Shown one piece after another: positions 49,367 through 61,264 of a stretch of DNA of 64,000 nt. The notes under the pieces were generated by a model that saw nothing but the letters and a program-made list of their open reading frames with translations, was not told where the DNA came from and ran no database searches. How positions within the stretch are numbered: the first letter of the stretch is position 1; every line of letters begins with the position of its first letter. A program made the position numbers and the translations under genes. The stretch lies in the NCBI RefSeq assembly GCF_963921235.1, contig NC_086097.1, forward strand, positions 109,308,001 to 109,372,000, read 5' to 3'. The stretch is from Mobula hypostoma (taxonomy: Eukaryota).

Positions 49367-52300
49367 ACATAGAAAAAACATAGAAAACCTACAGCACAAT
49401 ACGGGCCCTTCGGCCCACAAAGTTGTGCCGAACATGTCCCTACCTTAGAAATTACTAGGCCTATCCATAGCCCTCTATTTTTCTAAACTCCATGTATCTG
49501 CAAATCTGCAGAGAGATAGCAGACAACTGCAGGAAACATAAAGTTGTGGTGGTAGGGGATTTTAATTTTCCATACATTGATTGGGACTCCCATACTGTTA
49601 GGGGTCTAGATGGTTTAGAGTTTGTAAAATGTGTTCAGGAAAATTTTCTAAATCAGTATATAGAGGGACCAACTAGAGGGGATGCAATATTGGATCTCCT
49701 GTTAGGAAACGAATTAGGGCAAGTGACGGAAGTCTGTGTAGGGGAGCACTTTGGTTCCAGTGATCATAACGCCATTAGTTTCAATTTGATCATGGACAAG
49801 GATAGATCTGGTCCTAGGGTTGAGGGTCTGAACTGGAAGAAGGCCAAATTTGAAGAAATGAGAAAGGATCTAAAAAGCGTGGATTGGGACAGGTTGTTCT
49901 CTGGCAAAGATGTGATTGGTAGGTGGGAAGCCTTCAAAGGGGAAATTTTGAGAGTGCAGAGTTTGTATGTTCCTGTCAGGATTAAAGGCAAATTGAATAG
50001 GAATAAGGAACCTTGGTTCTCAAGGGATATTGCAACTCTGATAAAGAAGAAGAGGGAGTTGTATGAAATGTATAGGAAACAGGGGGTAAATCAGGTGCTT
50101 GAGGAGTATAAGAAGTGCAAGAAAATACTTAAGAAAGAAATCAGGAGGGCAAAAAGAAGACATGAGGTTGCCTTAGCAGTCAAAGTGAAGGATAATCCAA
50201 AGAGCTTTTACAAGTATATTAAGAGCAAAAGGATTGTAAGGGATAAAATTGGTCCTCTTGAAGATCAGAGTGGTCGGCTTTGTGCGGAACCAAAGGAAAT
50301 GGGGGAGATCTTAAACAGGTTTTTTGCGTCTGTATTTACTAAGGAAGCTGGCATGAAATCTATGGAATTGAGGGAATCAAGTAGTGAGACCATGGCAACT
50401 GTACAGATTGAAAAGGAGGAGGTGCTTGCTGTCTTGAGGAAAATTAAAGTGGATAAATTCCCGGGACCTGACAGGGTGTTCACTCGGACCTTGAAGGAGA
50501 CTAGTGTTGAAATTGCGGGGGCCCTAGCAGAAATATTTAAAATGTCGCTGTCTACGGGTGAAGTGCCGGAGGATTGGAGAGTGGCTCATGCTGTTCCGTT
50601 GTTTAAAAAAGGATCGAAAAGTAATCCAGGAAATTATAGGCCGGTGAGTTTAACGTCAGTAGTAGGTAAGTTATTGGAGGGAGTGCTAAGAGACAGACTC
50701 TACAAGCATTTGGATAGACAGGGGCTTATTAGGGAGAGTCAACATGGCTTTGTGCGTGGTAGGTCATGTTTGACCAATCTGTTGGAGTTTTTCGAGGAGG
50801 TTACCAAGAAAGTGGATGAAGGGAACCAGTGGATATTGTCTACATGGACTTCAGTAAGGCCTTTGACAAGATCCCGCATGGGAGGTTAGTTAGGAAAATT
50901 CAGTTGCTAGGTATATATGGAGAGGTAGTAAATTGGATTGGACATTGGCTCGATGGAAGAAGCCAGAGAATGGTGGTAGAAAATTGCTTCTCTGAGTGGA
51001 GGCCTGTGACAAGTGGTGTGCCACAGGGATCAGTGCTGGGTCCATTGTTATTCGTCATCTATATCAATGATCTGGATGATAATGTGGTAAATTGGATCAG
51101 CAAGTTTGCTGATGATACAAAGATTGGAGGTGTAGTAGACAGTGAGGAAGGTTTTCAGAGCCTGCAGAGGGACTTGGACCAGCTGGAAAAATGGGCTGAA
51201 AAATGGCAGATGGAGTTTCATACTGACAAGTGTGAGGTATTGCACGTTGGACGTACAAACCAAGGTAGAAAATACAGGGTTAATGGTAAAGCACTGAAGA
51301 GTGCAGTAGAACAGAGGGATCTGGGAATACAGATACAAAATTCCCTAAAAGTGGCGTCACAGGTAGATAGGGTAGTAAAGAGAGCTTTTGGTACATTGGC
51401 TTTTATTAATCAAAGTATTGAGTATAAGAGCTGGAATGTTATGATGAGGTTGTATAAGGCATTGGTGAGGCAGAATCTGGAGTATTGTGTTCAGTTTTGG
51501 TCACCAAATTACAGGAAGGATATAAATAAGGTTGAAAGAGTGCGGAGAAGGTTTACAAGGATGTTGCCGGGACTTGAGAAACTCAGTTACAGGGAAAGGT
51601 TGAATAGGTCAGGACTTTATTCCCTGGAGCATAGAAGAATGAGGGGAGATTTGATAGAGGTATATAAAATTATGATGGGTATAGATAGAGTGAATGCAAG
51701 CAGGCTTTTTCCACTGAGGCAAGGGGAGAAAAAAACCAGAGGACATGGGTAAAGGGTGAGGGGGGAAATGTTTAAAGGGAACATTAGGGGGGGTTCTTCA
51801 CACAGAGAGTGGTGGGAGTATGGAATGAGCTGCCAGACAAGGTGGTAAATGCGGGTTCTTTTTTAACATTTTAGAATAAATTGGACAGATACATGGATGG
51901 GAGGTGTATGGAGGGATATGGTCCGTGTGCAGGTCAGTGGGACTAGGCAGAAAATGGTTCGGCACAGCCAAGAAGGGCCAAAGGGCCTGTTTCTGTGCTG
52001 TAGTTTCTATGGTTCTATGGTTCTACCTATCTAAAAGTCTCTCAAAAGACCCTATCGTATCCGCTTCCACCACCGTTGCCAGCAGCCAATTCCACGCACT
52101 CACCACTCCCTGCGTAAAAATCTTACTCCTGACATCTCCTCTGTACCTGCTCCCCAGCACCTTAAACCTGTGTCCTCTTGTGGCAACCATTTCAGCCCTG
52201 GGAAAAAGCCTCTGACTTTCCACACAATCAATGCCTCTCCTCATCTTATACGCCTCTATCAGGTCACCTCTCATCCTCCATCGCTCCAAGGAGAAAAGGC

Positions 52301-52437
52301 CAAGTTCACTCAAGCTATTCTCATAAGGCATGCTCCCCAATCCAGGAATATCCTTGTAAATCTGCTCTGTACCCTTTCTATGGCTTCCACATCCTTCCTA
52401 TAGTGAGGCGACCAGAACTGAGCACAGTAATCCAAGT
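49367..52437 (-). mobile_element. CR1 3' fragment inserted in the Gypsy 3' LTR, itself split by a younger CR1
   Basis: 49367-49496 and 52026-52437 rejoin as CTCCATGTA|CCTATC, matching the uninterrupted copy near 39873. Confidence 0.9.
49497..52025 (+). mobile_element. Young CR1 LINE with near-intact ORF2, 5'-truncated within the endonuclease
   Basis: 465-aa and 307-aa ORFs joined by a frameshift near 50830; GDFN, SDH, GNYRPVSLTS, QHGF, PQGSVLGP and FADD motifs; (TTCTATGG)n tail. Confidence 0.97.
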
Positions 52438-52654
52438 GTTCCTGACAGGTTTACACTTGCAAGCTCCTCCCATTCTCCATCCAGCTAACGGGAGTCACCT
52501 GGCACTCATTCCCAAATCATCACCTGCAGCCTATTTAATCCCAGCTGTCAGGTATTGTTCTTGCTCACTTATTCGAACCAGCCAGCCTCAACCATTTGCT
52601 CCTAGCCTTCAGTTACCTCGTTGCCTTGTCGTGTTAACTATCTGTTACAATCCT

Positions 52655-53318
52655 GGGAGGGAAGACAGTGGCGCAACGCAACTCTCAGCGGCCACTCCGG
52701 TGGTGATGCCTGTTATTTGTCAAGTAGGATGCCATGCACAATCCTGATTTGATGGAGACGGACGTGAGAGCACTGAGGAACATCTGGTGAAACTTCGGAA
52801 ATGCCTGCTTTGCTGCTGCTGCTACTGTGTGGTCCAGAATCTCCAGAGGAGAAGGCCCCGAGTCCTCCGCTTGCTTGTTGCTCCGCGGCTGGGGCGGGGT
52901 CGAAGCGCTTGGCAGAGGATGGTGCTCAGAGAGGCTGTGTCGGAGGGGCTGGCCAGAGGCTCAAAGTTTTCGGACAGACTCAGAGTCCGCTGCAGTCGGG
53001 TGCTTCCAAAGGTGCTGCCTCGGCGAGTTGGCGGCGCTTGGAGGTTCGTGGCAGGGAGAGTTCCTCCCTTCTGCCACCTGCGTGGGATGATGAGTCTATC
53101 GGGACTTTGAGACTTTTTTACCGTGCCCATGGTCTGCTCTTTATCAAATTATGGTACTGCTTTGCACTGTTGTAACTATATGTTAAAATTATGTGGTTTT
53201 GTCAGTTTTAGTCTTGGTTTGTCCTGTGTTTTCTTGTGAGATCATTCTGGAGGAACATTGTATCATTTTTTAATACATGCATTTCTAAATGACAATAAAC
53301 AAAAACCGAACTGAACTG
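52655..53318 (+). mobile_element. Non-autonomous retroposon, copy 2
   Basis: Collinear and highly similar to 41311-41980; ends GACAATAAA..(GAACT)n. Confidence 0.8.
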
Positions 53319-53509
53319 TTCGGTCTTGTTTTGTAGCTCCTTGTTATTTTGCAGTTTATTATTAAAGTTGTCACTCACTACTAAATTATCTTCTCTGCTC
53401 TGTGTTTGGGTCAAGCCTCCTTCACATTTCCCAATAGTCAGGATAAATTCCATACACCAAAGCTGCATCCATCTTGGCACCTGATGTTATGTCCTTAGAT
53501 AACCTTCAC

Positions 53510-55760
53510 AAGAACAAGTGAAAACAGGAGTAGGAGGCTCTCAATTCAATATGATCTGTGATGGCCTCGATTCCTCTTCTCTCCTGGTTCCCCATAACCT
53601 TCAATTTCTCAACTTTTCAAATATTTATCTATCTTCACCTTAAATATAAATAACAATCTACTCTAACTCATCTTTGGAACTGATAAATTTGCTCAAGCAC
53701 CTTGAAGGTGTGACAGGGAGAGTTAATAGGGTTTGAGATTCATTTCTGAGAAAATAAATTTCTACACACTTTAGTTTTAAATGACTGGCCACTTGTTTTA
53801 TAGCTATGTCTCTTTTCGTGACTCTCCCACTATTGGCAACACATCAACATCTCCCCTGTCAAACCCTCTATGGATGTTATATGTCTGAATAAGTTTACTG
53901 CTTATTCTTCTGAACTCCAAGGAATACAGACCCAAGCTCTTTTGATAGGACAGCCTTGGCATCCCAGGAATTATTCTGGTGAATCTCCTTCAGGCCACTT
54001 CCAATGTTACTACTCTTTCTTTAGGTAAGGGAGAAAAAACTGTACGCAGTTTTCCAAATGTGTCATCACCAACACCTGTACAATTGCAACAAAACTTCCC
54101 TATTCTTAAACTCCAACTCCTTTGCAATAACAGTCAACATACTACTTGATCAACCAGCCAACTAACTTTTTGAGATTCACATGTTAGAAATCTGGATCCC
54201 TCTAACCTTAACTTATTTGCATTTTGATAATAATTCACTTTTTGATTCTAGAGTCCATGAGTTCCCACTTCCCCACATTAAACTTAATTTGCCAGGGTTT
54301 TGCCCAGTCACTCAATCTGTCAATATCATGTTGCAGAATCACACTGTCTTCTGCAAACATGCCTTTCTACCTATTATTGTATCATTAGGTTGGCTGGTGG
54401 CGCAGTGACATCAGCGCCGGATTCCGGAACGGAGGTTCCAGGGTTTGAGTCCAGTCGGGCCGTTCCCGAATACGCTTTTCATCCATGCCGGGTTGAGTGT
54501 TGAGCTTGCAACTCGACCTCGTAAAATAAAGAGACATACTGTATTGCGAAATGTCTGTGCAAGGGGTGGCGCACCACATAGCCTTCCGATCCGTGCCTTG
54601 TAAGGCATGAAAATGCCCGACGCTGGCCTCTCAGGCCTGACTCGACATCATCATCATCATCATCATCATCATCTTCACTGTATCATTGAGCAAACTTGGA
54701 GCCCTTTTATTTCAACTCATCTTCAGTTCATTGGTATATATAGTGAAAACTTGAGGGCCAAGAACAGGTACCTATGGTAGTCCACTGGTTACAGTACTTC
54801 CCTCCAGCCTGAAAAAGGATCCATTTATTCCAACTCTCTATTTTTTTCTATGTGACAGCTGGCTTTCAATTCAATAGACAATAGGTGCAGGTGTAGGCCA
54901 TTCGGCCCTTCGAGCCAGCACCGCCATTCACTGTGATCATGGTTGATCATCCACCATCAGTATCCAGTTCCTGACTTATCCCCATAACCTTTGATTCCAC
55001 TATCTTTAAGAACTCTATCCATCTCTTTTTTGAAAGCATCCAGAGACTTGGCCTCCACAGCCTTCTGGGGCAGAGCATTCCATATATCCACCACTCTCTG
55101 AGTGAAAAAGTTTTTCCTCATGCTAATACACTTCCTCCAATTCTCTGAGCTCTTAATTTATGCACTAGCCTTTTATATCACATCTTTTAGGAATCTAGCT
55201 ACACTACATCAACAGGTTACACTTCGTAAATTCTCCTTGTCACATCTTCAAAGAGCAAATTTATCAAGTCTGACTTACCTTTCAAGAAATATCATTAACT
55301 AGGCTTGATTATGTTCTGCATTCCCAAATAATTAATTCTTGCCTCTTTGATTATTGACTTTAGTATCTTGTCAATGATAGATGTTAAGTTAACTGACCTA
55401 TAGTTCTTTGCTTTCTCTCTTCTCTTTTTGAACTGGCTGTTTTCCAATCCTCTGATACTCTCTGAATTTTGAGAGTTCTGAAACTTTCCCAAAATAGACT
55501 CACTACCTCTGCAGCCTCTTCCTCTAAATCCCTTGGGTCACACTATTGTGTCGTCCATCTTTGGCCATATGAGCTTCTGTAATACTTGTTCCCTTGTGAT
55601 CTAGATCTTTGCAATTAGCTTGCCCTTGAGGACTAACTGATCTTTATGCACTCCAAGACAGCAAACACCTACATTTTCTTAGTATTGACATGGTTTGGAG
55701 TCACAACTCCTCCCAGAATTTAGTATTTTCCCTGTCCTTCTCCATGGTGAATACTGAGGG
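53510..55760 (-). mobile_element. Highly degenerate CR1, containing a SINE and a younger CR1 3' end (about 54872-55120)
   Basis: NYRSVNLTSIIDKILKSII ORF; reverse-complement RT and 3' UTR motifs. Confidence 0.7.
54387..54678 (+). mobile_element. tRNA-derived SINE with (CAT)n tail
   Basis: Box A-like TGGCGCAGTGA, box B-like GGTTTGAGTCC, CpG-rich body, (CAT)n at 54647-54673, TSD TGTATCATT (54378-54386, 54679-54687). Confidence 0.85.
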
Positions 55761-56395
55761 CTTGACTGAAAAACCAGCACCAAGGCCGTTTACAAGAAAG
55801 GGATGAGCAGACTCTATTTTCCAATGAAACTGAGATCCTTCAGTGTGTGTAGCAGGATGCTGGAGATCTTTCATCAGTCTGCTGTAGTGAGTGCACTCTA
55901 CTTTGCTGCTTTATGTTGGGGGAGCAGCATTGGTGCTGGTGATGCAGAGACTAAACAAACTCATCAAAAAATATTGGATCCATCCTTGGCTACAACCCGG
56001 ACTTTTGAGTTACTGGTGGAGAGGAAGTCACTAAACAAACTAATATCCACTATGGACAATCTGGCATATCCTTTCCATGACCTACTGAATAAGCAGTGGA
56101 GCACCCTTTCGAACTGACTCATTCAGCTCCACTGTCACAAGGATCATTACAAAAAATCTTTCCTATCAAATGCAATAAGCGTATACAACAGTTCATCTGT
56201 GTGTGACAGGAGAACACACATCATAGTACTATAGTCTCTGTTTTATTATTTCGTACATTATTATTGCACATTGGTACATTATTACTGTGTATATTATTAT
56301 TCTGTACTTTATTATTATTAAGTCTGCACACTGCTAGGTGTGTTGTTAAATGTTACTGCTGTAACGAAAGAATTTCCCACTCGGGATCAATGAAC
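55760..56395 (+). mobile_element. Rex1-like LINE 3' fragment, second subfamily
   Basis: SRLYF..KLRSFSVCSRMLEIF.QS.V.SALYFA.LCWGSSI; AATTTCCCACTCGGGATCAATGAA end. Confidence 0.8.
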
Positions 56396-56559
56396 TATTG
56401 ATTATTATTATTAGTAGTAGTAGTAGTAGTATTAATGTTAGTATTATTATGATTATTAAATATACCTTTAGGCCAACAACCTCTGATTCCATACATAGAT
56501 TACCCCATTGCTTTCTAAGGAGATCCACCCTTTCCTTGCACCTAATATACTTAATGAAC

Positions 56560-57725
56560 GAATACCATCATTCCCACAATCCTGATTGAGACGTTGCAGA
56601 ACCTGGGTCTCTGTATCGTCCTCTGCAACTGGATCCTCGACTTCCTAACCGGAAGACCACAATCTGTGCGGATTGGTGATAACATATCCTCCTCGCTGAC
56701 GATCAACACTGGTGCACCTCAGGGGTGTGTGCTTAGACCACTGCTCTACTCTGTATATACACATGACTGTGTGGCTAGGCATAGCTCAAACACTATCTAT
56801 AAATTTGCTGATGATATAACCATTGTTGGTAGAATCTCAGGTGGTGACGAGAGGGTGTACAGGAGTGAGATATGCCAACTAGTGGAACAGTACTGCAGCA
56901 ACAACCTGGCACTTAACATCAGCAAGACGAAAGAGCTGATTGTGGACTTCAGGAAGGGTAAGACGAAGGAACACATACCAATCCTCATAGAGGGATCTGA
57001 AGTGGAGAGAGTGAGCAGCTTCAATTTCCTGTGTGTCAAGATCTCTGATGATCTAACCTGTTCCCAACATATCGATGCAGTTATAAAGAAGGCAAGCCAG
57101 TGGCTATACTTCATTAGGAGTTTGAAGAGATATGGTATGTCAACAAATACACTCAAACACTTCTACAGGTGTACCATGGAGAGCATTCTGACAGGCTGCA
57201 TCACTGTCTGGTATGGGGGGTGGGGGGGGGGTGTCTTCTGCACCAGACCGAAAGAAGCTGCAGAGGGTTGTAAATCTAGTCAGTTCCATCTTGGGCACTA
57301 GCCTTCAAAGTACCCAGGATATCTTTAGGGAGCGGTGTCTCAGAAAGGTAGCATCCATTATTAAGGACCTCCAGCACCCAGGGTATGCCCTTTTCTCACT
57401 GTTACCATCAGGTAGGAGGTACAGAAACCTGAAGGCACACACTCAGTGATTCAGGAACAGCTTCTTCCCCTCTGCCATCCGATTCCTAAATGGACATTGA
57501 AGCTTTGGACACTACCTCACTTTTTTCTAACATGCAGTATTTCTGTTTTTGCACATTTTAAAAAATCTATTCAATATACGTAACTGATTTACTTGTTTGT
57601 TTATTATTGTTTTAATTTTTTCCTCTCTGATAGATTATGTATTGCATTGAACTGCTGCTACTAAGTTCACAAATTTTACATCACATGCCGGTGATAATAA
57701 ACCTGATTCTGATTCTGATTCTGAG
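56560..57725 (+). mobile_element. Rex1/Babar-like LINE RT to 3' end
   Basis: 235-aa [50 protein letters not shown]; (TGATTC)n tail. Confidence 0.95.
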
Positions 57726-57789
57726 GATTCTGTCTGATCTCACCCACCGAGGATATTTCATGGACTCTTTTTGTCCTCTGAATTCCTAT

Positions 57790-59095
57790 CCTACATTTTC
57801 AAGAGACTCATTTGATTGTAGTTGTCTATACTGGTAATATGCTTCATTTCTTACACCTGATCTTGATATTTTTGTTTGTACCCTAACCAAAATGTACTGC
57901 CCTGAATTCTTGCTACCTCTCTTTTAGGGGATTCCAACTTGTCTGATGTTCATTTACCAACAAGCATCTGCTCTTAATTTAGCCCAAGTTCTGTCTTGTG
58001 CTATTGAAATCTGATTTTGAAACTCAACTTGGGAAGAAACATTATTACTTTCCACAACTATGTTGAAATTTAGATAACTGTGGTCATTATTTCCAAAGTA
58101 CTTCAAATGACATTTCCCAATATGAGATCAAGTACAGTGCCTTCCAAAATAGAGTCTCAAAACCTAGCCTGGATGCAGTTAACAAATTCTAACCCATCTA
58201 AGACTATTGCACTAAGGCAATCCCAGTGAATATAGATGATCACACATTACGGTAGGATAGAGCTTTTAGAAAATTGTTACTTCTATGATTTTCCATTATG
58301 CAAAGCCATAACATCTGTGCATGTGATAAAAACATGAATTGAAAAAGAAAACATTGTGTTTAGTTATTTACTTTTTTCCCTACAGATTCTGTGGGAGAGA
58401 ATTTTACTGCATATTTCAATTTTTGGGTAATGATTTGTGAATTCTGTAAGGTAAATTTCCATTGCTTAAATTGCTATATGGATTGCATGTATTGTGAAAA
58501 TTAATATCTTCACTATTACTTTATTGCTTTTATTGATTTTACATATTACTCTTACACCTTTCTGTGACTTGCTTACATATCTGTCCCTCTAATTCCCTCT
58601 GATTATTGGGAGGCCGAGAGTACCTCCCAATAATCTCAGCAAAACAATCACCCCACTCTTCTACCTAGATCCAACCCATTTGGCCTCATTGGACATACCC
58701 TGCAGGATATTGTTGTGCTGTTCTTCCCCCAACCAGAAGCTTCACTTCCCCTCCTCTCTCACACCTGAAACTTCTATATCTCAGAACATCCTGCCCATAG
58801 TTCTATGATTGCAATAATATTGTAATTCCATGTGCTGATCAATGATATAAGACCATCTGATTTGCTTTAAGACTCCTTGAATTAGGGTAGATCAGGATGA
58901 ACCTACCACCCCCAGCATGTCCTCTAACTTCCCTCTGCTTGCTCTGCTCACTAGATTTGTCTGCTTTATCCTTTACATTCAAGTCAATCTGACCACCTGC
59001 CACATTTACTGAGCTTTCGACCCCCGCCAAATTAGTTAAAACCTTAGTGAGCAACATTAACAAAACTCCTGACGAGGACATTGGTCTCTTTCCAG
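57790..59095 (-). mobile_element. Very degenerate CR1 endonuclease-region remnants
   Basis: Patches resembling 1750-2590 (ACATTTCCCAATATGAGATCAAGTACAG; TGAGGACATTGGTC-like end); a non-repeat island lies at about 58240-58555. Confidence 0.55.
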
Positions 59096-59372
59096 TTTCA
59101 ATCTTTATTTGTTCATTGTTTATAATTCTCAGACCTATAATTTGCCTACAAATATCTCATATCTGTGACCTGATCACTGTTATCATGCCTTGACACCTGT
59201 GATTTGTTCATTATTATTTATTTTGCCTTGTGACTCCTCCACTGCCAATCAATTTCACACTTAGGATTTGTTCACTATTAATAAATCTGGAATATGTAGG
59301 ATTTCCTAACTGACAAAAACTACATGAGGCTTTGTTCAACATTAATAAATCACACATTTATTTTATTTGTTT
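59095..59372. repeat. Diverged 33-bp tandem array, block 3
   Basis: For example AATCAATTTCACACTTAGGATTTGTTCACTATT AATAAATCTGG; ACACCTGTGATTTGTTCATTATT. Confidence 0.75.
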
Positions 59373-59549
59373 ACTGCGATACCACGCGGAATGGGCCCTT
59401 CCAGCCCTGTGAGCCACACTGCCCAGCAATGCCCTGTTTTTATCCTAGCCTAATCATGGGGTAATTTACAATGACCATCCAGTATGCCTTTGGATTTTTG
59501 ATGTATTCTTTCCTAATAGATATGACATATGATAATTGTTCAGATACCT

Positions 59550-60465
59550 TTAGAATCAAAGAGTCGTGCAGCTGAGAAATAGGCCCTTTGGTCCATCCCA
59601 GCTATACCAACCCCCTGGCCTATTTATACTAATCCCACCCATCTGTGTTCATCCCACATTCTTCGATATCTGTTCATTTAGGTACCAGTCAAGCTGCTCC
59701 GTAAATGTTGTTATTGTTCCTGTCTCTACCATGTCCTCCAGCAGCTTGCTCCAGATACCAGCTATTTCGTTGTTATCCTCAAATGTACTGAACTTGATGC
59801 CTAAATTCTTATCCAAATCATTCATCAACTGTATATATCTGAAAGCAAAGGGGATGCAGCATGAAGTATTTCTTGTTGCAAGTCACAACCCTCTACTCCG
59901 AACACCAACCCTCCAATGCCACCATATGTCCCCTTCCACTAAGCCAATTTTGTATCCAAATGGCTAATTCATCCTCGACCTCACAATTTGAACCTACTAG
60001 ACCAGCTGACCACTTAAGATCTTATCAAATGCCTTGCTAAAATACATATAGACTAAGTCTTCTGCCTTGACTTCATCAAACCTTTCAGCCACTTCTTCAA
60101 GTATATTAACCAAATTTCTGGGGCATGACCTCTCTTGCACAAAGCCATGCTGACGTGACTATCCCTAATCAGTCCTTGCCTTTCCAAATGCAATTAAATT
60201 CTCTCTCTCAGTATCACTTCCAATAATTTTCCCATAAAGATGTAAGGTTTACCAGCCTGTAGTTCCCAGGCTTATCCCTAAAGACACAACATCAGTAATC
60301 TTCCAGTCTTCTATTGCCTCACCTGTGACTGAAAAAGACACAAAAATGCCTGTCAGAGTCGCAGGACACTTCTCCCATGCATCCCTTATCACCTAGGATT
60401 CACCGATTCAGGCTCTGGGAATACATCCACCTTTATGTGTTGCCAGACCTGCAGTATCTCCTCTT
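59550..60465 (-). mobile_element. Degenerate CR1
   Basis: TTATCAAATGCCTTGCTAAAATACATATAGAC (reverse complement of VYM.FSKAFDK); CR1 3' end near 59560. Confidence 0.7.
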
Positions 60466-61202
60466 TCACTGTCACTGAACATTATTGTCATACATTGGAA
60501 TACCTCACTGTTAAACTCTCAGCTGTTTGATTTCATTGCTAATAAATCTCACACCTGAGTTCTGATAACTGTTAATCTCACATCTTCAAATTATGCACTG
60601 TTAATACATCTCAAATTCAACATTGGTCCACTAGTAATTCATCTCACATATAAGTTTATCTGTTTTAATAATTTTGACAATTATGATTTGTTCACTTTAA
60701 TAATTCTCATACCTGGGATTTGTCATTGTTGATAACTCCCACAGTTTATCTCTCTGTTAATAAATCTCATTTGTGTGATTTTTTTTTTCAATTGTTAAAT
60801 CTAACCCTTGATATATGTTGACTGTTAATAAATATTACACCCTGGGCTTCCCCTCTATTTTAAATGTCACTTCAGATGATTGTCAGCTGTTTACTAACCA
60901 CATCCCTGGAATTTATTCAGCATTTATAAATCAGACACGATCGGGAGCTTCTTGATCTAATTAAATCAAATAAAAAATATTGTTTACTGTTATTAAATTT
61001 AACATTACCTATTGTTAATAAATCCCAAAGTTTTCACAAGTAATTTATCCAATTACTAATTGTTATGCCTAGTATTTATTATCTATTGACAAATCTCACA
61101 TCTAGGAATTTCTGGCTGTTAATAAAACTTATCTTTGAGGTTTCTTCCCTATAAATAACCCCAATCATTGAGTTTTGTTCACTTTTGGTAGACCTAACAC
61201 CA
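60465..61202. repeat. Diverged 33-bp tandem array, block 4
   Basis: AATAAATCTCACACCTGAG at 60541; AATAATTCTCATACCTGGGATTTGTCATTGTT at 60699. Confidence 0.8.
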
Positions 61203-61264
61203 TCAATCTGTGCATTCTGATATACTCAGTGGCCAGTTTATTAGGTACCTCCTACAGCAGTACG

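Larger units (their letters stand above)
46992..53440 (+). mobile_element. Ty3/Gypsy LTR retrotransposon, internally deleted, 3' LTR interrupted twice
   Basis: 5' LTR about 46992-47326 (TG..CA); gag remnant (PECFDGS, AKIAFVISLLTG, DLESLITLTLRID); integrase (HPG..WWP, DIVSDRGSQF, QANGQSER); PPT 49352-49360; 3' LTR pieces at 49361-49366, 52438-52650 and 53319-53440. Confidence 0.88.

Noticed and set aside
49492..51752. Host protein-coding gene
   Set aside because: The ORFs are CR1 ORF2, truncated and frameshifted.
61220..61250. Tc1-like TIR fragment CAGTGGCCAGTTTATTAGGTAC
   Set aside because: No partner TIR or transposase found; too short to call an element.
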